From Candidatus Woesearchaeota archaeon (GTDB taxonomy: Archaea > Nanobdellota > Nanobdellia > Pacearchaeales > UBA284): a stretch of DNA of 64,000 bases. The stretch covers positions 5,061-69,060 of the forward strand of contig CAYGZP010000002.1 of the NCBI GenBank assembly GCA_964354405.1, in the 5' to 3' direction. The notes beneath the pieces were generated by a model. The model saw nothing but the letters and a program-made list of their open reading frames with translations, did not search any database and was not told the DNA's origin. A program made the translations under genes and the position numbers. Below, piece after piece: positions 8,941-19,403 of the stretch (the stretch's first letter is position 1; every line of letters begins with the position of its first letter).

Positions 8941-10770
8941 TTAAATCCCCCAAGTCGCTTTTGTCTTTCTCTTGATTTCTGCGACTTCCTGCAGAACTTT
9001 TATCTCGCCCGCGCTCAGATATTTTTTATTTTCTTTGAGCCTGAGAAACTCATCTCCTGTCAAATCAGCATAAAGAACATCATCTTCTTGCAATTGCCTT
9101 CCAAAAGTTATGTTTGGCAACGAGATGGCAAGTTCCATGCCTGCTTTTGCTTTTTCAACGCTTTTGCTCTCGCTCTGCATTCCTTTAATCTTAGCAATTT
9201 CCTCGCCTTTTTCATTAATTAACTGCACTCCTGGTTTCAATGAGCCAACTTCAATCTTTACCCCAAATATAGCAGGATGACTTTGCCTGAAGCAGCAATT
9301 TCTCATAACTTTTAATTTGCAAGGCCAAGTTAATCCTTCTAACCTTTGTCTTTCAACTTCTAAGGCTTTTTCAGCCCGCCACTTGACAAGTTGCTCGATA
9401 ATATGATAGATAATGTCACTCTCGATTATTTTTACTCTCTCATCAGCCACTATTCCCTCCTCTCGCGCAACATTAAACCCTACAACAACAGTTTCAAGAG
9501 GATCTGTTTCAGTGTTCGAAGCTGCAAGCGAGATATCTTGTCTTTTTATATTGCCTATCTCAGCTTTTTTCACTCTAACTCCCTCTTTTCTCAACAAGAA
9601 CAACAAAGCTTCCATCGAGCCCAAACTGTCTGCCCTCACAATAATCCCTTCTTTGTCAAGTCTCAACACTTGCTCGACTTCTTTCTGCAAAAGTTCTTTT
9701 AACTTCGCAATTTTTTCAGTTTTAGAATCTTTAACAACAATAAATGGCATGCCCGGCACAAGTTCTTCTGTTATCGGTAAGTATAATTTAATGCCAGTTG
9801 CCGCGCGCACTTCATCAACGGGTTCAAAGCCCTTTCCTAAAGGCAGCGCGCGGAACAATGCGCGAATTTTTGTCTCAACTGCTTTGCCAAGTGTCGCGAT
9901 AACAAGAGTATCTCTTTTAGTGAGAGTGCTGTCATAAAGCACAGCTTCGATTATCACAAATCCTTTTTCCTTTTTTATTTCAAGAATAGTTCCTTTACCT
10001 TCTGTTCCGATGGATAATCTTCCTTTCAAGAATCTCTGAGCTAATCCTGCAAGCATAACAATAAGCTCAGGCAAGCCCTCATGAGTCTTTGCAGAGCAAG
10101 GCACTAACGCGAGTTGTTTAGTAAAGTCGCTGATGCGATAGAACAAGTCAGAATCAAATCCTAAACTTGTAAAACCATTGATAATTCTGTAAAGTTTCTT
10201 GTCAAAATCATCTTTAGTGAACTTTGGTTGTTTCTCGATGCTTTCCATCAAGCTTTCCCCGCGTTTAGTCCATCCAGCGATATTATCAACTTTATTAAGT
10301 GCAACAATAAAAGGAACTTTATTAGCCCTGAGAACTTCAATGCTCTCTCGAGTCTGTTCCATTATTCCCTCGTTAATATCAATCACAAGAATCGCCAAGT
10401 CTGCGAGAGCTCCTCCTCTTTTCCTCAAGTTAGTGAAAGCCGCATGCCCTGGAGTGTCAATGAAAAGAAAACCAGGGATATCAAGTTTAATGTTGAATTT
10501 GTCCAAGAGTTTAGAACATCTGCCCTTAACAATTGCCGATGGAACTAAAGTAAAAGAAATTTTCTGAGTTATCTTGCCAGCTTCCTTTGCCGCAACACAG
10601 GTTCCTCGAATACTGTCGAGCAAAGTAGTCTTGCCGTGGTCGACATGTCCAGCAACTGTAACAATCGGCTGTCTTATATTTGATAGTGCGAGCGGTGCGA
10701 GAGCTGGCGCTGGCTTTTGTATTAATTTTCTTTCCTTGACTTTGACTTTAATCTCTACTCGGGTTGCCAT
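8941..10770 (-). CDS. infB: translation initiation factor aIF5B (IF2-like GTPase)
   Basis: 'VAGHVDHGKTTLLD', 'IDTPGH' and 'NKVD'. The 609-aa length and domain order are typical of aIF5B. Confidence 0.9.
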   Translation of the reverse strand: MATRVEIKVKVKERKLIQKPAPALAPLALSNIRQPIVTVAGHVDHGKTTLLDSIRGTCVAAKEAGKITQKISFTLVPSAIVKGRCSKLLDKFNIKLDIPGFLFIDTPGHAAFTNLRKRGGALADLAILVIDINEGIMEQTRESIEVLRANKVPFIVALNKVDNIAGWTKRGESLMESIEKQPKFTKDDFDKKLYRIINGFTSLGFDSDLFYRISDFTKQLALVPCSAKTHEGLPELIVMLAGLAQRFLKGRLSIGTEGKGTILEIKKEKGFVIIEAVLYDSTLTKRDTLVIATLGKAVETKIRALFRALPLGKGFEPVDEVRAATGIKLYLPITEELVPGMPFIVVKDSKTEKIAKLKELLQKEVEQVLRLDKEGIIVRADSLGSMEALLFLLRKEGVRVKKAEIGNIKRQDISLAASNTETDPLETVVVGFNVAREEGIVADERVKIIESDIIYHIIEQLVKWRAEKALEVERQRLEGLTWPCKLKVMRNCCFRQSHPAIFGVKIEVGSLKPGVQLINEKGEEIAKIKGMQSESKSVEKAKAGMELAISLPNITFGRQLQEDDVLYADLTGDEFLRLKENKKYLSAGEIKVLQEVAEIKRKTKATWGI

Positions 10771-10812
10771 ACAGAAATAATAATTAGAATATTAATAAAT
10801 CTTCCTTGTTGC

Positions 10813-11676
10813 TTATGTTTGTTTAGTCAAAATATAGCCCACCAATTTTTCTAATCTTGAATTAGATTGAATTTTTCTTATATTTTCAATAATTCTTTCT
10901 TTTCTTTTAGTGAGATGTTGCTTAACTTTGTCTGCACCAAATATATATACAGAGGTATCAGAATCTATGTGGGTCAATTTTCCTACAACTTCTGGTTTTC
11001 CTTCGAGATCTCTTAAATCATCAAACAACTGATAAGCCACGGATAAATCAACTCCTATTTCATCAAAAATCCCCATTTCTTTTTGAATATCACAGAGGTA
11101 AGCTGGTAATACAGAGGCTAAATAAAAAAATCCATTCTTTTTTTCTATTGATTTCCATAATTCTTTTTTATCTTTATTTTTTCTTAAGTCAAGCTCTTGA
11201 CCAGAAATCACTTTTCTTATTGTACTATCTATTAAAAGTTGTACTGAACTTAATTTATTTAAATTACTAAGATGTTCTTGAGCATTTTTATATAAAAGCT
11301 CTCTTCCAATATCCCAAAGATATATGCTTGCAAGAATTGCTATGTCTTCTCCAAAAGCTTTATGTGCCGTTGGTTTTCCCTTTCTTATAGGAGAATTATC
11401 CATGCAAGGAAGGTCATCTAAAATTAAAGAAGCATGATGAACAGCTTCAATTCCAACAGCGCTTTTTAAAAATTTTGATTGATCTCCCCCCAACATTTGA
11501 TAAATTTCTAATCCTATCAAACTTCTATATCTATGTCCTTCTGGATAAATAGTATAAACTGCCGCTTCACAATGGCAAAATCTTAATTTTGAAGAGAAAG
11601 TTTGTTCTAAGCAACTTTCTATTGCTTTATTAATCAATTCTTTTTGTTGATTTATATAATCCTCTATACCTTCCAT
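10813..11676 (-). CDS. idsA: polyprenyl (geranylgeranyl/farnesyl) diphosphate synthase
   Basis: First Asp-rich motif 'LILDDLPCMDNSPIRKGKPTAH' and second 'YQLFDDLRD'. Confidence 0.8.
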   Translation of the reverse strand: MEGIEDYINQQKELINKAIESCLEQTFSSKLRFCHCEAAVYTIYPEGHRYRSLIGLEIYQMLGGDQSKFLKSAVGIEAVHHASLILDDLPCMDNSPIRKGKPTAHKAFGEDIAILASIYLWDIGRELLYKNAQEHLSNLNKLSSVQLLIDSTIRKVISGQELDLRKNKDKKELWKSIEKKNGFFYLASVLPAYLCDIQKEMGIFDEIGVDLSVAYQLFDDLRDLEGKPEVVGKLTHIDSDTSVYIFGADKVKQHLTKRKERIIENIRKIQSNSRLEKLVGYILTKQT

Positions 11677-11753
11677 TTAAACTAAAAAGAGGATAGTTAT
11701 ATAAAATTTTATGTACTCAAGTGAATATTAAAGGCAAAAAGAAACAGAAACTT

Positions 11754-11990
11754 TTAAACTTTATCACCGAGAGTTGTTTTTTCAGATTGTTTAGAATTAT
11801 ATGTGCAGTGATTGGATTTATCCCTATAGCCACAAGTTATATAATAGTTTGGATTTTTTGATCCATTTGCTAAATTGCATTCGCCAGTATTTGGATTTCT
11901 TTGACTTGCGCCATGATCTACACATTTCTTAATCAAAGGCTTATACATCTCTATAAATCTTTCACGAATGTTTTCGTTTTCTTCTGGCAT
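11754..11990 (-). CDS. hypothetical small Cys-containing protein
   Basis: 78-aa ORF with 4 Cys. No motif recognised. Confidence 0.3.
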   Translation of the reverse strand: MPEENENIRERFIEMYKPLIKKCVDHGASQRNPNTGECNLANGSKNPNYYITCGYRDKSNHCTYNSKQSEKTTLGDKV

Positions 11991-12026
11991 TTTATCCTTT
12001 GTTTATTTTTTTGATTTATTTAAATT

Positions 12027-13121
12027 TTATTTCCTTTGATGGTTTCTGTTGGTGTTATTTCCGTTAAACCTGAAACCCCTTTTCCATTCATCAAAATTTC
12101 TTCCTGGATTTCTCTTGGCGAAATCTATCACAGCGTCTTTATAATGTGTATTATATCCCTTTTCCCACTCTCCAATTCTGCTAAGATATCTTTTGGCTCG
12201 GGGGGTGTAATTGCCATTTTTGTCGTAAACCCCATTAAGGCCACAATTGACGGCAGCAACAGCCGCGTCCCAATTGCCCAACCTGCCATAAAGTTCGAGC
12301 AATCTTTCAGATGTTTTAAACAAAATTTTCTTTTTATTAAAACGGTCATCATATTTGATGAGACTGTCTAGATTATAGCCCTTCTCCTTTTCCAATTTTA
12401 ATAATTCCTCGGCGTGAGATTTGCTTACTAATTTATCACAATTTTGATAAACTTTCATATCCATTTCTTGTGCTACGCTAGGTTGCGTGTGAATTAATCC
12501 CACCCCACCGTCTCCTGTATTTATCTGTAGAGGATCACCAAGGCTTTCTTCCATAATCATATAAAGAAGGGTTCCTTTTGGGGCACCAATTCTATTTTCC
12601 TCTTCTTCAGTGTCCCCTTCCCATCTCGTACTTCTCTGAATTCTGCCCTTAAGGGTATTTTTCTTTGCGAGTTTAACATCATTCAAATCTTTACCTTTAA
12701 CAACTAAAGCTTCTGCCCTTGGTCTTTTAATATCATAAATTATTGTATCTATATTATCTACAATGACTGGTGAGGTTTTGATAAGCCCAAAAGCTAATCC
12801 TGCAGTCAATATCCAATTAAGAATTCCTGCGGGCTTATTTGTCCTTGCCTTTTCCAAACTATGTTTTCTCGTTACTTTGGCAAAATATTTTAGTGGATAT
12901 CGATTTATAACATACCCAAAAGCTCCCCCACCTAATCCAATTAATATTTTTGCGGGGTCACTTAAATCGGATTCAGAGACTTTGAAAGCACCATAAAGAA
13001 GTCCTGCGTTGCCAGCTGCATAAGTTAAAACAGGCAAACCCCACGAATCTATCTTGGGTTTTACATGGTTTATCTTTTTTGTTACTTTTTTTACTACATT
13101 AAATATCTCTTTAATTACCAT
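12027..13121 (-). CDS. membrane-anchored lytic transglycosylase-like protein (SLT/GH23 domain)
   Basis: N-terminal hydrophobic helices. C-terminal 'MIMEESLGDP...GGVGLIHTQPSVAQE' (catalytic E-S and GLMQ-like block) and 'AAVAAVNCGLNGV' (AYNAG-like block). Confidence 0.55.
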   Translation of the reverse strand: MVIKEIFNVVKKVTKKINHVKPKIDSWGLPVLTYAAGNAGLLYGAFKVSESDLSDPAKILIGLGGGAFGYVINRYPLKYFAKVTRKHSLEKARTNKPAGILNWILTAGLAFGLIKTSPVIVDNIDTIIYDIKRPRAEALVVKGKDLNDVKLAKKNTLKGRIQRSTRWEGDTEEEENRIGAPKGTLLYMIMEESLGDPLQINTGDGGVGLIHTQPSVAQEMDMKVYQNCDKLVSKSHAEELLKLEKEKGYNLDSLIKYDDRFNKKKILFKTSERLLELYGRLGNWDAAVAAVNCGLNGVYDKNGNYTPRAKRYLSRIGEWEKGYNTHYKDAVIDFAKRNPGRNFDEWKRGFRFNGNNTNRNHQRK

Positions 13122-13216
13122 AATTACAAAAGCCTAGGATATTTATAAACCTTTCTATTTGTTACTCCTAAGCAGTTACAATAATACACAAAAGAAAATA
13201 TAACTAACAAATAATT

Positions 13217-14116
13217 TTATTCTATCGCAACACTCGCATATCCAACAGCATTGTTGTAATCTCCTAACACATCCCCACTAGTATAATATTTCAACAGCTC
13301 AGCCTTCTTCGCTCCGAGTTCTTTGGCAAGTTCAACAGCAATGACAATTGCAGCAGCCCCGCATATTGTTGTGCTTGTTGCTTTTTTGTAAAACTCTCGG
13401 CCATCAAGTTTGTAAAGATAAGTAATAATCTGCTTGTCAAGAGTATACAAGTTTTCCTTGACATTCTTTGTGAAAGGCACAAAACCATAACTCAAGCCGT
13501 AATGTGTAAAATCGCTCGAGGCAATCACACAGACTTTCTTTTTCATTTTTTGCTCGTCAAGGACGTTTGCTATCGCTCTAGCAAGTTTAGCGCAAGAATC
13601 ATAATCAATCGATGACACGACAATTGGCACAATCCTAAACTCTTTTTTGAACAAACTGTAGACAAACTGCAAGAAAGGAAGCTGAACTTCAATGCTGTGC
13701 TCGAGCTTGTGAGCAGCCTCATCCTGCTGCAATCCTAAAGAGCTAGCGGCTTCAATGAACGCTTGTCCAAGTTCAATATTATTTTTAACTAATCCTAAAG
13801 GAGTTTCAAAATTCTCGAGTGAAAGCGAGAATGGAGTTCTTCCGTAGCCGCTGTGACAAGGCCCGAGAATAATAAATGTCTCTGGCATATCTTCTTTCTT
13901 TACTTCCATCAGCGCTTTGTAAGCATGAGCTGCGCAAGCTCCTGAGTAAGGATAGCCCGCGTGTGGCACAATCAATCCAATCTTTCTTTGTTTCAAGTTG
14001 AAGGCCTTAGGTAGTGAGCCCGGCCCAAGTTTATTGAAGAAACACGATTCAACTTGCCCGCTCAACGCACTTTTATCGCTCAAATAGAATTGTCCCGAAA
14101 CTATAGCCTTTCTCAT
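13217..14116 (-). CDS. MEMO1 / AmmeMemoRadiSam system protein B family
   Basis: 'MRKAIVSGQFY' and 'IVPHAGYPYSGACAAHAY' are typical of the family. The ATG at 14116 is preferred over 14158 because a TATA-like box lies only about 15 nt from 14158, and a GAGG precedes 14116. Confidence 0.75.
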   Translation of the reverse strand: MRKAIVSGQFYLSDKSALSGQVESCFFNKLGPGSLPKAFNLKQRKIGLIVPHAGYPYSGACAAHAYKALMEVKKEDMPETFIILGPCHSGYGRTPFSLSLENFETPLGLVKNNIELGQAFIEAASSLGLQQDEAAHKLEHSIEVQLPFLQFVYSLFKKEFRIVPIVVSSIDYDSCAKLARAIANVLDEQKMKKKVCVIASSDFTHYGLSYGFVPFTKNVKENLYTLDKQIITYLYKLDGREFYKKATSTTICGAAAIVIAVELAKELGAKKAELLKYYTSGDVLGDYNNAVGYASVAIE

Positions 14117-14237
14117 TCTTTCTTCCCTTTGCCTCGATATGAAAATAAAGTTTTCCATTCTTTAAAAAACTTTATAAAAGCCCCATGCTACTTATAATAA
14201 GTGATAAAGATATAAAGAAACGATAAACTTGACGAAT

Positions 14238-15272
14238 ATGGCAAAAAATAACAACAGCCAATCATCTAGAAAACCAATAGCACTGGTTATTTTAATCGCA
14301 TTGTTAGTGTTAGCATTCTTTTTAATCAAGCCCTTCATTGTCGCCATACTCTTCGGATTTGTTCTTGCGTTTCTTTTAACTCCATTATACAAAAGAGTTG
14401 TCAAGATTATTAAAAGTCCGACAGCAGCTTCTCTAATCATTACAGTTATAACAGTGTTGGTTCTCGCTGTCGCGTTGTACTTTATAGCACAGATAACAAT
14501 CAAGGAAGCCTTTAACTTGTACATACAAATCCAAAGAATTGATTTCTTCACTTTGATAAACGGCTTTCTCTCTCATATTTTTGAGTCTCCAGAACTAAGC
14601 ACGCAGATTACAACGACAATCCAGCAGGCGGTTATAACAGTGACTTCGAGCTTTACAGAAACAGTTGGAAAAGTCTTGACCAACGCTCCTGCGATAATTC
14701 TGCAATTGTTTGTGATATTGTTTGTGACATATTATTCTTTGAAAAATGGAAAGAAAATAATAGAATACATCGCAGAAATCCTTCCTTTCAGCGAGGATGT
14801 TAACAACAAACTTATCAAGCGCTCCAAAGAAATTACTTCTGCAACTGTATATGGACAGGTTATTGTAGGTTTTATCCAAGGAGCTGTCGCAGGAATTGGA
14901 TTTTACATCTTCGGAGCCCCATCTCCATTATTTTTCACCCTCTTAGCAATTCTTCTTGCAGTAATTCCTTTCATCGGCCCTGCTTTTGTATGGGTTCCTG
15001 TCTCTCTTGTCATGATAGCAACAGGTAACACAACTAACGGAATCTTGATGTTCATATTCGGAATTATAGTTGTCTCGTGGATAGACAATATAATCAAGCC
15101 TTCAATAGTCGGCAAGAAAGGCAAACTCAATGAAGTTATTGTGTTAATAGGGATGTTGGGTGGAATCGCGCTCATAGGTCCAATCGGATTAGTTGTAGGC
15201 CCATTAGTATTAGAATACGTGTTAATATTCATCGAACTCTATAGAACAGGCAATATCAAATTAACCAGATAA
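14238..15272 (+). CDS. AI-2E family transporter (PerM/UPF0118)
   Basis: Polytopic membrane ORF with 'GFIQGAVAGIGFYIFGAPSPLFFTLLAILLAVIPFIGP'. The ATG at 14238 follows a TTG-initiated ORF-track start. Confidence 0.7.
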   Translation: MAKNNNSQSSRKPIALVILIALLVLAFFLIKPFIVAILFGFVLAFLLTPLYKRVVKIIKSPTAASLIITVITVLVLAVALYFIAQITIKEAFNLYIQIQRIDFFTLINGFLSHIFESPELSTQITTTIQQAVITVTSSFTETVGKVLTNAPAIILQLFVILFVTYYSLKNGKKIIEYIAEILPFSEDVNNKLIKRSKEITSATVYGQVIVGFIQGAVAGIGFYIFGAPSPLFFTLLAILLAVIPFIGPAFVWVPVSLVMIATGNTTNGILMFIFGIIVVSWIDNIIKPSIVGKKGKLNEVIVLIGMLGGIALIGPIGLVVGPLVLEYVLIFIELYRTGNIKLTR

Positions 15273-15366
15273 AAAAATCTTTTAGAAAAAGATTTAATCA
15301 AAATAAAGATTTAGAAAATCTTTAAGCAAAAGACGAAAAGAAAAAAAGAGGTTAAGTTAAAAGAAA

Positions 15367-16890
15367 ATGTTGTTGAAAGTAAAAGCTTTGCAGCTCTTGG
15401 CCGGCAGGCCCATAGTTATCTTGCATGAAAACACTGCCAAATTTCTTAACTTGCATGTAGGCGAGCGAGTCAGAATAAAAAAATATGACAAGAAACAAGA
15501 AGTTGTCGCGCCAATTGACATAACAGGCGGCACAACAATTCTTAGCAAAGAAGAAGTCGCTCTCTCGCAAGAAATCATCAAGGATTTAGGCATAAGAGAT
15601 CGTGAAGTTATTGAAGTCAATCCTGCCCTGAAGCCTTTAAGCGTTGAATATATCAAGAAAAAATTAAATGGTCACCATCTCTCATTTCCGGAGATTTTTG
15701 CTATAGTCTCTGACATAGTTAACAATGAGTTGACAGAAGTTGAGGTCGCATACTTTGTTTCAGGAGTGTATTTACATGGCATGAACATCGAAGAGATAAC
15801 CTCTCTTACTAAAGCAATGGTGAAGACAGGCAATCAGCTCAAGTTAGACAAAAAAACAGTCATAGACAAGCATGGCATTGGGGGGATAGAAGGCAACAGA
15901 ACAACTCCCATTCTCGTGAGCATAATCGCAGCCGCGATAGACGAGTTCAAGCTCAACGCGGTCATGCCTAAAACATCCTCGCGAGCAATAACAAGCGCAG
16001 CAGGAACAGCAGATGTTATAGAAACTATAGCAAAAGTTGAGTTCAATGTTGGGCAGATGAAAAAAATTGTGGAAAAAACTAAAGCTTGTTTAGTGTGGGG
16101 CGGTTCATTAAGACTTGCGCCAGCAGATGACAAGATAATCCAAATTGAGCGCGTTCTTTCATTAGATCCAGAAGCCCAGCTCATTGCCTCGATTCTCTCG
16201 AAAAAGCTCGCAGTAAACGCTTCTTATGTGTTGATAGACATCTCATATGGTCCCGGGGCCAAAGTTTCTACAGAAAAAGAAGCCAAGAATCTCAAGGATA
16301 AATTCGAGAAAGTTGCTAAGCAGTTAGGATTAAAACTGAAAGTCATGCTTACAGACGGCAGTGAGCCAGTTGGCAATGGTATTGGCTCTGTTCTCGAGAT
16401 GCTCGACATAATTAAGGTTCTTAAACAAGACGCGCACAGGCCTCTTGATCTTGAAGCCCGAGCAAGGACACTTGCTTCTGAGTTGCTCGCGCTAGTTATG
16501 AACATATCGAAAGCCAAGTCAGAAAATATTGCTCATGATATGTTAAGCTCAGGAAAAGCCTTCCAAAAGTTTCGAGATATTATAGAAGCACAGCAAGGAA
16601 CTCTGGAAAATGAGGAATTAAAAGAAAAGTTAGCCTTGGGAGAATGCAAGGCAAACATCAAGTCAGATAAACAAGGAAAGATAGAAGAGATAAGCAACAG
16701 AAAAATGGCTTACGTGGCGAAGATGGCGGGCTCTCCATCAGACAAAAGCGCAGGAATCTATCTATACAAACATGTCGGAGAAAAAGTGGACAAGGGAGAG
16801 AATCTATTTACTATCTACGCAGAAACTTCCGCAAAGCTCGATTACGCAAAAAAACTCGCCGAGAGAATCATTCCTGTTTTAGTCAAGTGA
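15367..16890 (+). CDS. deoA: AMP phosphorylase / archaeal thymidine-phosphorylase family
   Basis: 507 aa. N-terminal extra domain 'LKVKALQLLAGRPIVILHE', then glycosyl-transferase family 3 blocks 'DKHGIGG' and 'SSRAITSAAGTAD'. Confidence 0.8.
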   Translation: MLLKVKALQLLAGRPIVILHENTAKFLNLHVGERVRIKKYDKKQEVVAPIDITGGTTILSKEEVALSQEIIKDLGIRDREVIEVNPALKPLSVEYIKKKLNGHHLSFPEIFAIVSDIVNNELTEVEVAYFVSGVYLHGMNIEEITSLTKAMVKTGNQLKLDKKTVIDKHGIGGIEGNRTTPILVSIIAAAIDEFKLNAVMPKTSSRAITSAAGTADVIETIAKVEFNVGQMKKIVEKTKACLVWGGSLRLAPADDKIIQIERVLSLDPEAQLIASILSKKLAVNASYVLIDISYGPGAKVSTEKEAKNLKDKFEKVAKQLGLKLKVMLTDGSEPVGNGIGSVLEMLDIIKVLKQDAHRPLDLEARARTLASELLALVMNISKAKSENIAHDMLSSGKAFQKFRDIIEAQQGTLENEELKEKLALGECKANIKSDKQGKIEEISNRKMAYVAKMAGSPSDKSAGIYLYKHVGEKVDKGENLFTIYAETSAKLDYAKKLAERIIPVLVK

Positions 16891-16907
16891 TTACTTTTGT
16901 TTCTTTC

Positions 16908-17993
16908 TTACAATCCCAACTTGCTTCCGAACATCTCCCATAAAATAAGAATTATATCAAGGATGAACAGTGCGACGATTGCAGCTTCGAGCCATACATT
17001 CCTGCTTGTTTGCAGTCTTTCCCAGCTTTTTGTGTACAATGAATCCAAAAGTTCAAGTTTTTCCTTGACACTTGATTTCCATTTCTCAAGATAAAACTTG
17101 TTGCCCGCGGCAACATAAATCTTTCCGAGATAAGAATCGTCTATAAGCTTGATGAAATTCTCAACTTTCTCCTTGACTTCTGAAACCTCAAGCCTTATCT
17201 GTGATAATTTATCTATTATTTTGCTTCTAGCAAAAAACTTTTTCTTGCCCAATTCTTCGTAAGTTGTCTCAAGCACAGAATCAAGAAAATCATCATAAAC
17301 TCTCAACTCAGTCAACTCTATAATGGCATATTCTAACACATCAGGAACATCATAGCTTTTTCTAGGGTCATAAATCAAAGCAGACTTGAAGTCAATGATA
17401 GTCAAGTCGTCTGAATAATAAGACAGTGGAATTCTTAAAATATCTCTTATTTCGGGATCACTAAGTCTCTTGTTCTCATAACGCAGAAAATGCGCTATTT
17501 CATCGCCATTTTTCTTCACAAGTTCCTGAGGTTTCCATGCCCTGTCAAACCTCTGCACGAAAAATAAAGTGTAATTGCTGAAAGTCTTTTCAACTTCGAT
17601 AAGAGGCTTTACAATATAGTTTTTTATCTCGTTCAAAATCTTATTCAATATGTATACAGCCCTCTCTTGCAAGTCATCTTCCGCGCTCTTAAGCATCCTA
17701 GAAATTTCATTGCTCGCGCCTTTCATGTTAGTCCATAATCTAACAGTCACAACACCAAAATCATAAAGCTTGACATCTGCAAACCACTCTCTATTGTTTA
17801 TCCTCTCTATTCCAAGTCTTATGAATAATGGAGGAGTTTTATACTGAACATATTCAGGAGTTAATCTTTCATAAGTCAACAACACTTTCTCAGCCTTTTT
17901 GCCCAAGACTTTCTCAATCTCTTCGAGCTTAATCTCATTGCCCACGTCAAAGCAGAAATATCTCATGATTAAGCCTTCTTCAACTCTCAACAT
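16908..17993 (-). CDS. hypothetical protein, possibly DUF155/RMD1-like, C-terminal TM helix
   Basis: 361-aa ORF. 'VKLYDFGVVTVRLW' and the C-terminal 'WLEAAIVALFILDIILILWEMF' resemble the DUF155 layout. Weak call. Confidence 0.4.
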   Translation of the reverse strand: MLRVEEGLIMRYFCFDVGNEIKLEEIEKVLGKKAEKVLLTYERLTPEYVQYKTPPLFIRLGIERINNREWFADVKLYDFGVVTVRLWTNMKGASNEISRMLKSAEDDLQERAVYILNKILNEIKNYIVKPLIEVEKTFSNYTLFFVQRFDRAWKPQELVKKNGDEIAHFLRYENKRLSDPEIRDILRIPLSYYSDDLTIIDFKSALIYDPRKSYDVPDVLEYAIIELTELRVYDDFLDSVLETTYEELGKKKFFARSKIIDKLSQIRLEVSEVKEKVENFIKLIDDSYLGKIYVAAGNKFYLEKWKSSVKEKLELLDSLYTKSWERLQTSRNVWLEAAIVALFILDIILILWEMFGSKLGL

Positions 17994-18092
17994 CTTTCAC
18001 CTCTTTCTCTCCTCTTAATTTCCTCTTTTTATCTAATATAGGTTAGATTTATAAATTTAAAAACGTTTCCCATAACAAGAAAAGAGGACAAG

Positions 18093-19400
18093 ATGAAAAA
18101 CACAAATCAAATATTGGCAAACGTTGTAAAGAAGATAACATCTTCTTCAGAGGAAAGAACAAATATAAATAAGATTCTCTCAACCTTCGAAGCAAAGTTA
18201 AGGCCAAAGTTAAAGAAATATGGCGCAAAGATATTCATTGGTGGCTCTCTAGCCAAGCAAACTCTTGTGAAAAGAGATTCAGACACAAGCTATGACATTG
18301 ACATTTTTATCCCGTTTCCATACAGTAAGTTCAAGAACAAGTCTTCAAAATTATCTGATTTCCTACAACAATCTCTCAAAAATGCGAAAATTAATTATTC
18401 TATGTTAAAGGGCTCGAGAAATTATTTCCAAGTCAAGTTCAAAAATTTAACTCTTGAATTAATTCCTATTCTCGCAATAAAGAAAGCCAGCGAAGCATTG
18501 AATATCACAGACATCTCGCCCTTACATGTTTCCTATGTTCTAGGCAAGATTAAGAAAAATAAAAAGCTCAGTGATGAAATCAAGCTCGCAAAAGCTTTCT
18601 GTTATGCTAGCGATTGTTATGGAGCGGAGAGCTACATCAGAGGATTCTCAGGCTATGCTCTCGAAGTTCTTGTAAGTTATTATGGCTCATTCCTTAAGTT
18701 CCTCAGTAATGCGGTTAAATGGAAAATCCCGAAAAGTTTTGAAACCCGAATCATCATTGATCCAAAACATTATTACAAATTGAAACAACAGTTACTCAAA
18801 GAAATGAACGAAGCCAAGCTACACTCGCCAATAATTCTTGTTGATCCTGTCCAGAAAGAAAGAAATGCCTGCGCTGCATTAAGTTTTGAAACCCTCAAGA
18901 AATTTATAGAAGTAAGCAAGAAATTCCTCGCTCATCCATCAGAATCTTACTTTTTTAAGGAAAAAATTAACATTGATAAGTTGAAAAGCGCAGCGAAGAA
19001 ATCAAGAGCAAAGTTTATCACATTAAAAGCATCAAGCTTCAAGAATAAGATTGATGTCGCTGGCGCAAAGCTCAAAAAATTATATGAGTTTTTGTATTTC
19101 TCGCTAAAGAAAAATGGTTTTAAAGTCTTGAAAGGCGAATTTGATTTCAATGAGAAAACATATCTTGCTACATTTTACTTTATTTTGAAAGAGCCAGAGA
19201 AAAATTATATTGTTCGGGGCCCTCCATTAAATGTCCAGGAAAAATACATCAAAGCATTCAAGAAAAAATGGCCCAGGGCTTTTGTCAAGAATAATCAATT
19301 GTGGGCAAAATCCAAGAGAGATATAACAAACCTTAGAGAACTTCTCAAGTCAATTTCAAAAGCTCAGCTCAAAGAAATGGGGGTAAAAGCTATTTCTTAA
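18093..19400 (+). CDS. cca: CCA-adding enzyme (archaeal class I tRNA nucleotidyltransferase)
   Basis: 'IGGSLAKQTLVKRDSDTSYDIDIFIPF' nucleotidyltransferase motif. Size and layout match the archaeal enzyme. All six tRNA genes in the window lack an encoded CCA. Confidence 0.75.
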   Translation: MKNTNQILANVVKKITSSSEERTNINKILSTFEAKLRPKLKKYGAKIFIGGSLAKQTLVKRDSDTSYDIDIFIPFPYSKFKNKSSKLSDFLQQSLKNAKINYSMLKGSRNYFQVKFKNLTLELIPILAIKKASEALNITDISPLHVSYVLGKIKKNKKLSDEIKLAKAFCYASDCYGAESYIRGFSGYALEVLVSYYGSFLKFLSNAVKWKIPKSFETRIIIDPKHYYKLKQQLLKEMNEAKLHSPIILVDPVQKERNACAALSFETLKKFIEVSKKFLAHPSESYFFKEKINIDKLKSAAKKSRAKFITLKASSFKNKIDVAGAKLKKLYEFLYFSLKKNGFKVLKGEFDFNEKTYLATFYFILKEPEKNYIVRGPPLNVQEKYIKAFKKKWPRAFVKNNQLWAKSKRDITNLRELLKSISKAQLKEMGVKAIS

Positions 19401-19403
19401 TAA

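Noticed and set aside
9391-10780. Several 100-170-aa plus-strand ORFs opposite aIF5B
   Set aside because: These are antisense shadow ORFs of a conserved GTPase gene. They are low-complexity and S/L/F-rich.
14192-15232. Minus-strand ORFs (119, 94 and 109 aa) overlapping the AI-2E transporter
   Set aside because: They are antisense to a clear polytopic transporter ORF and have no independent support.
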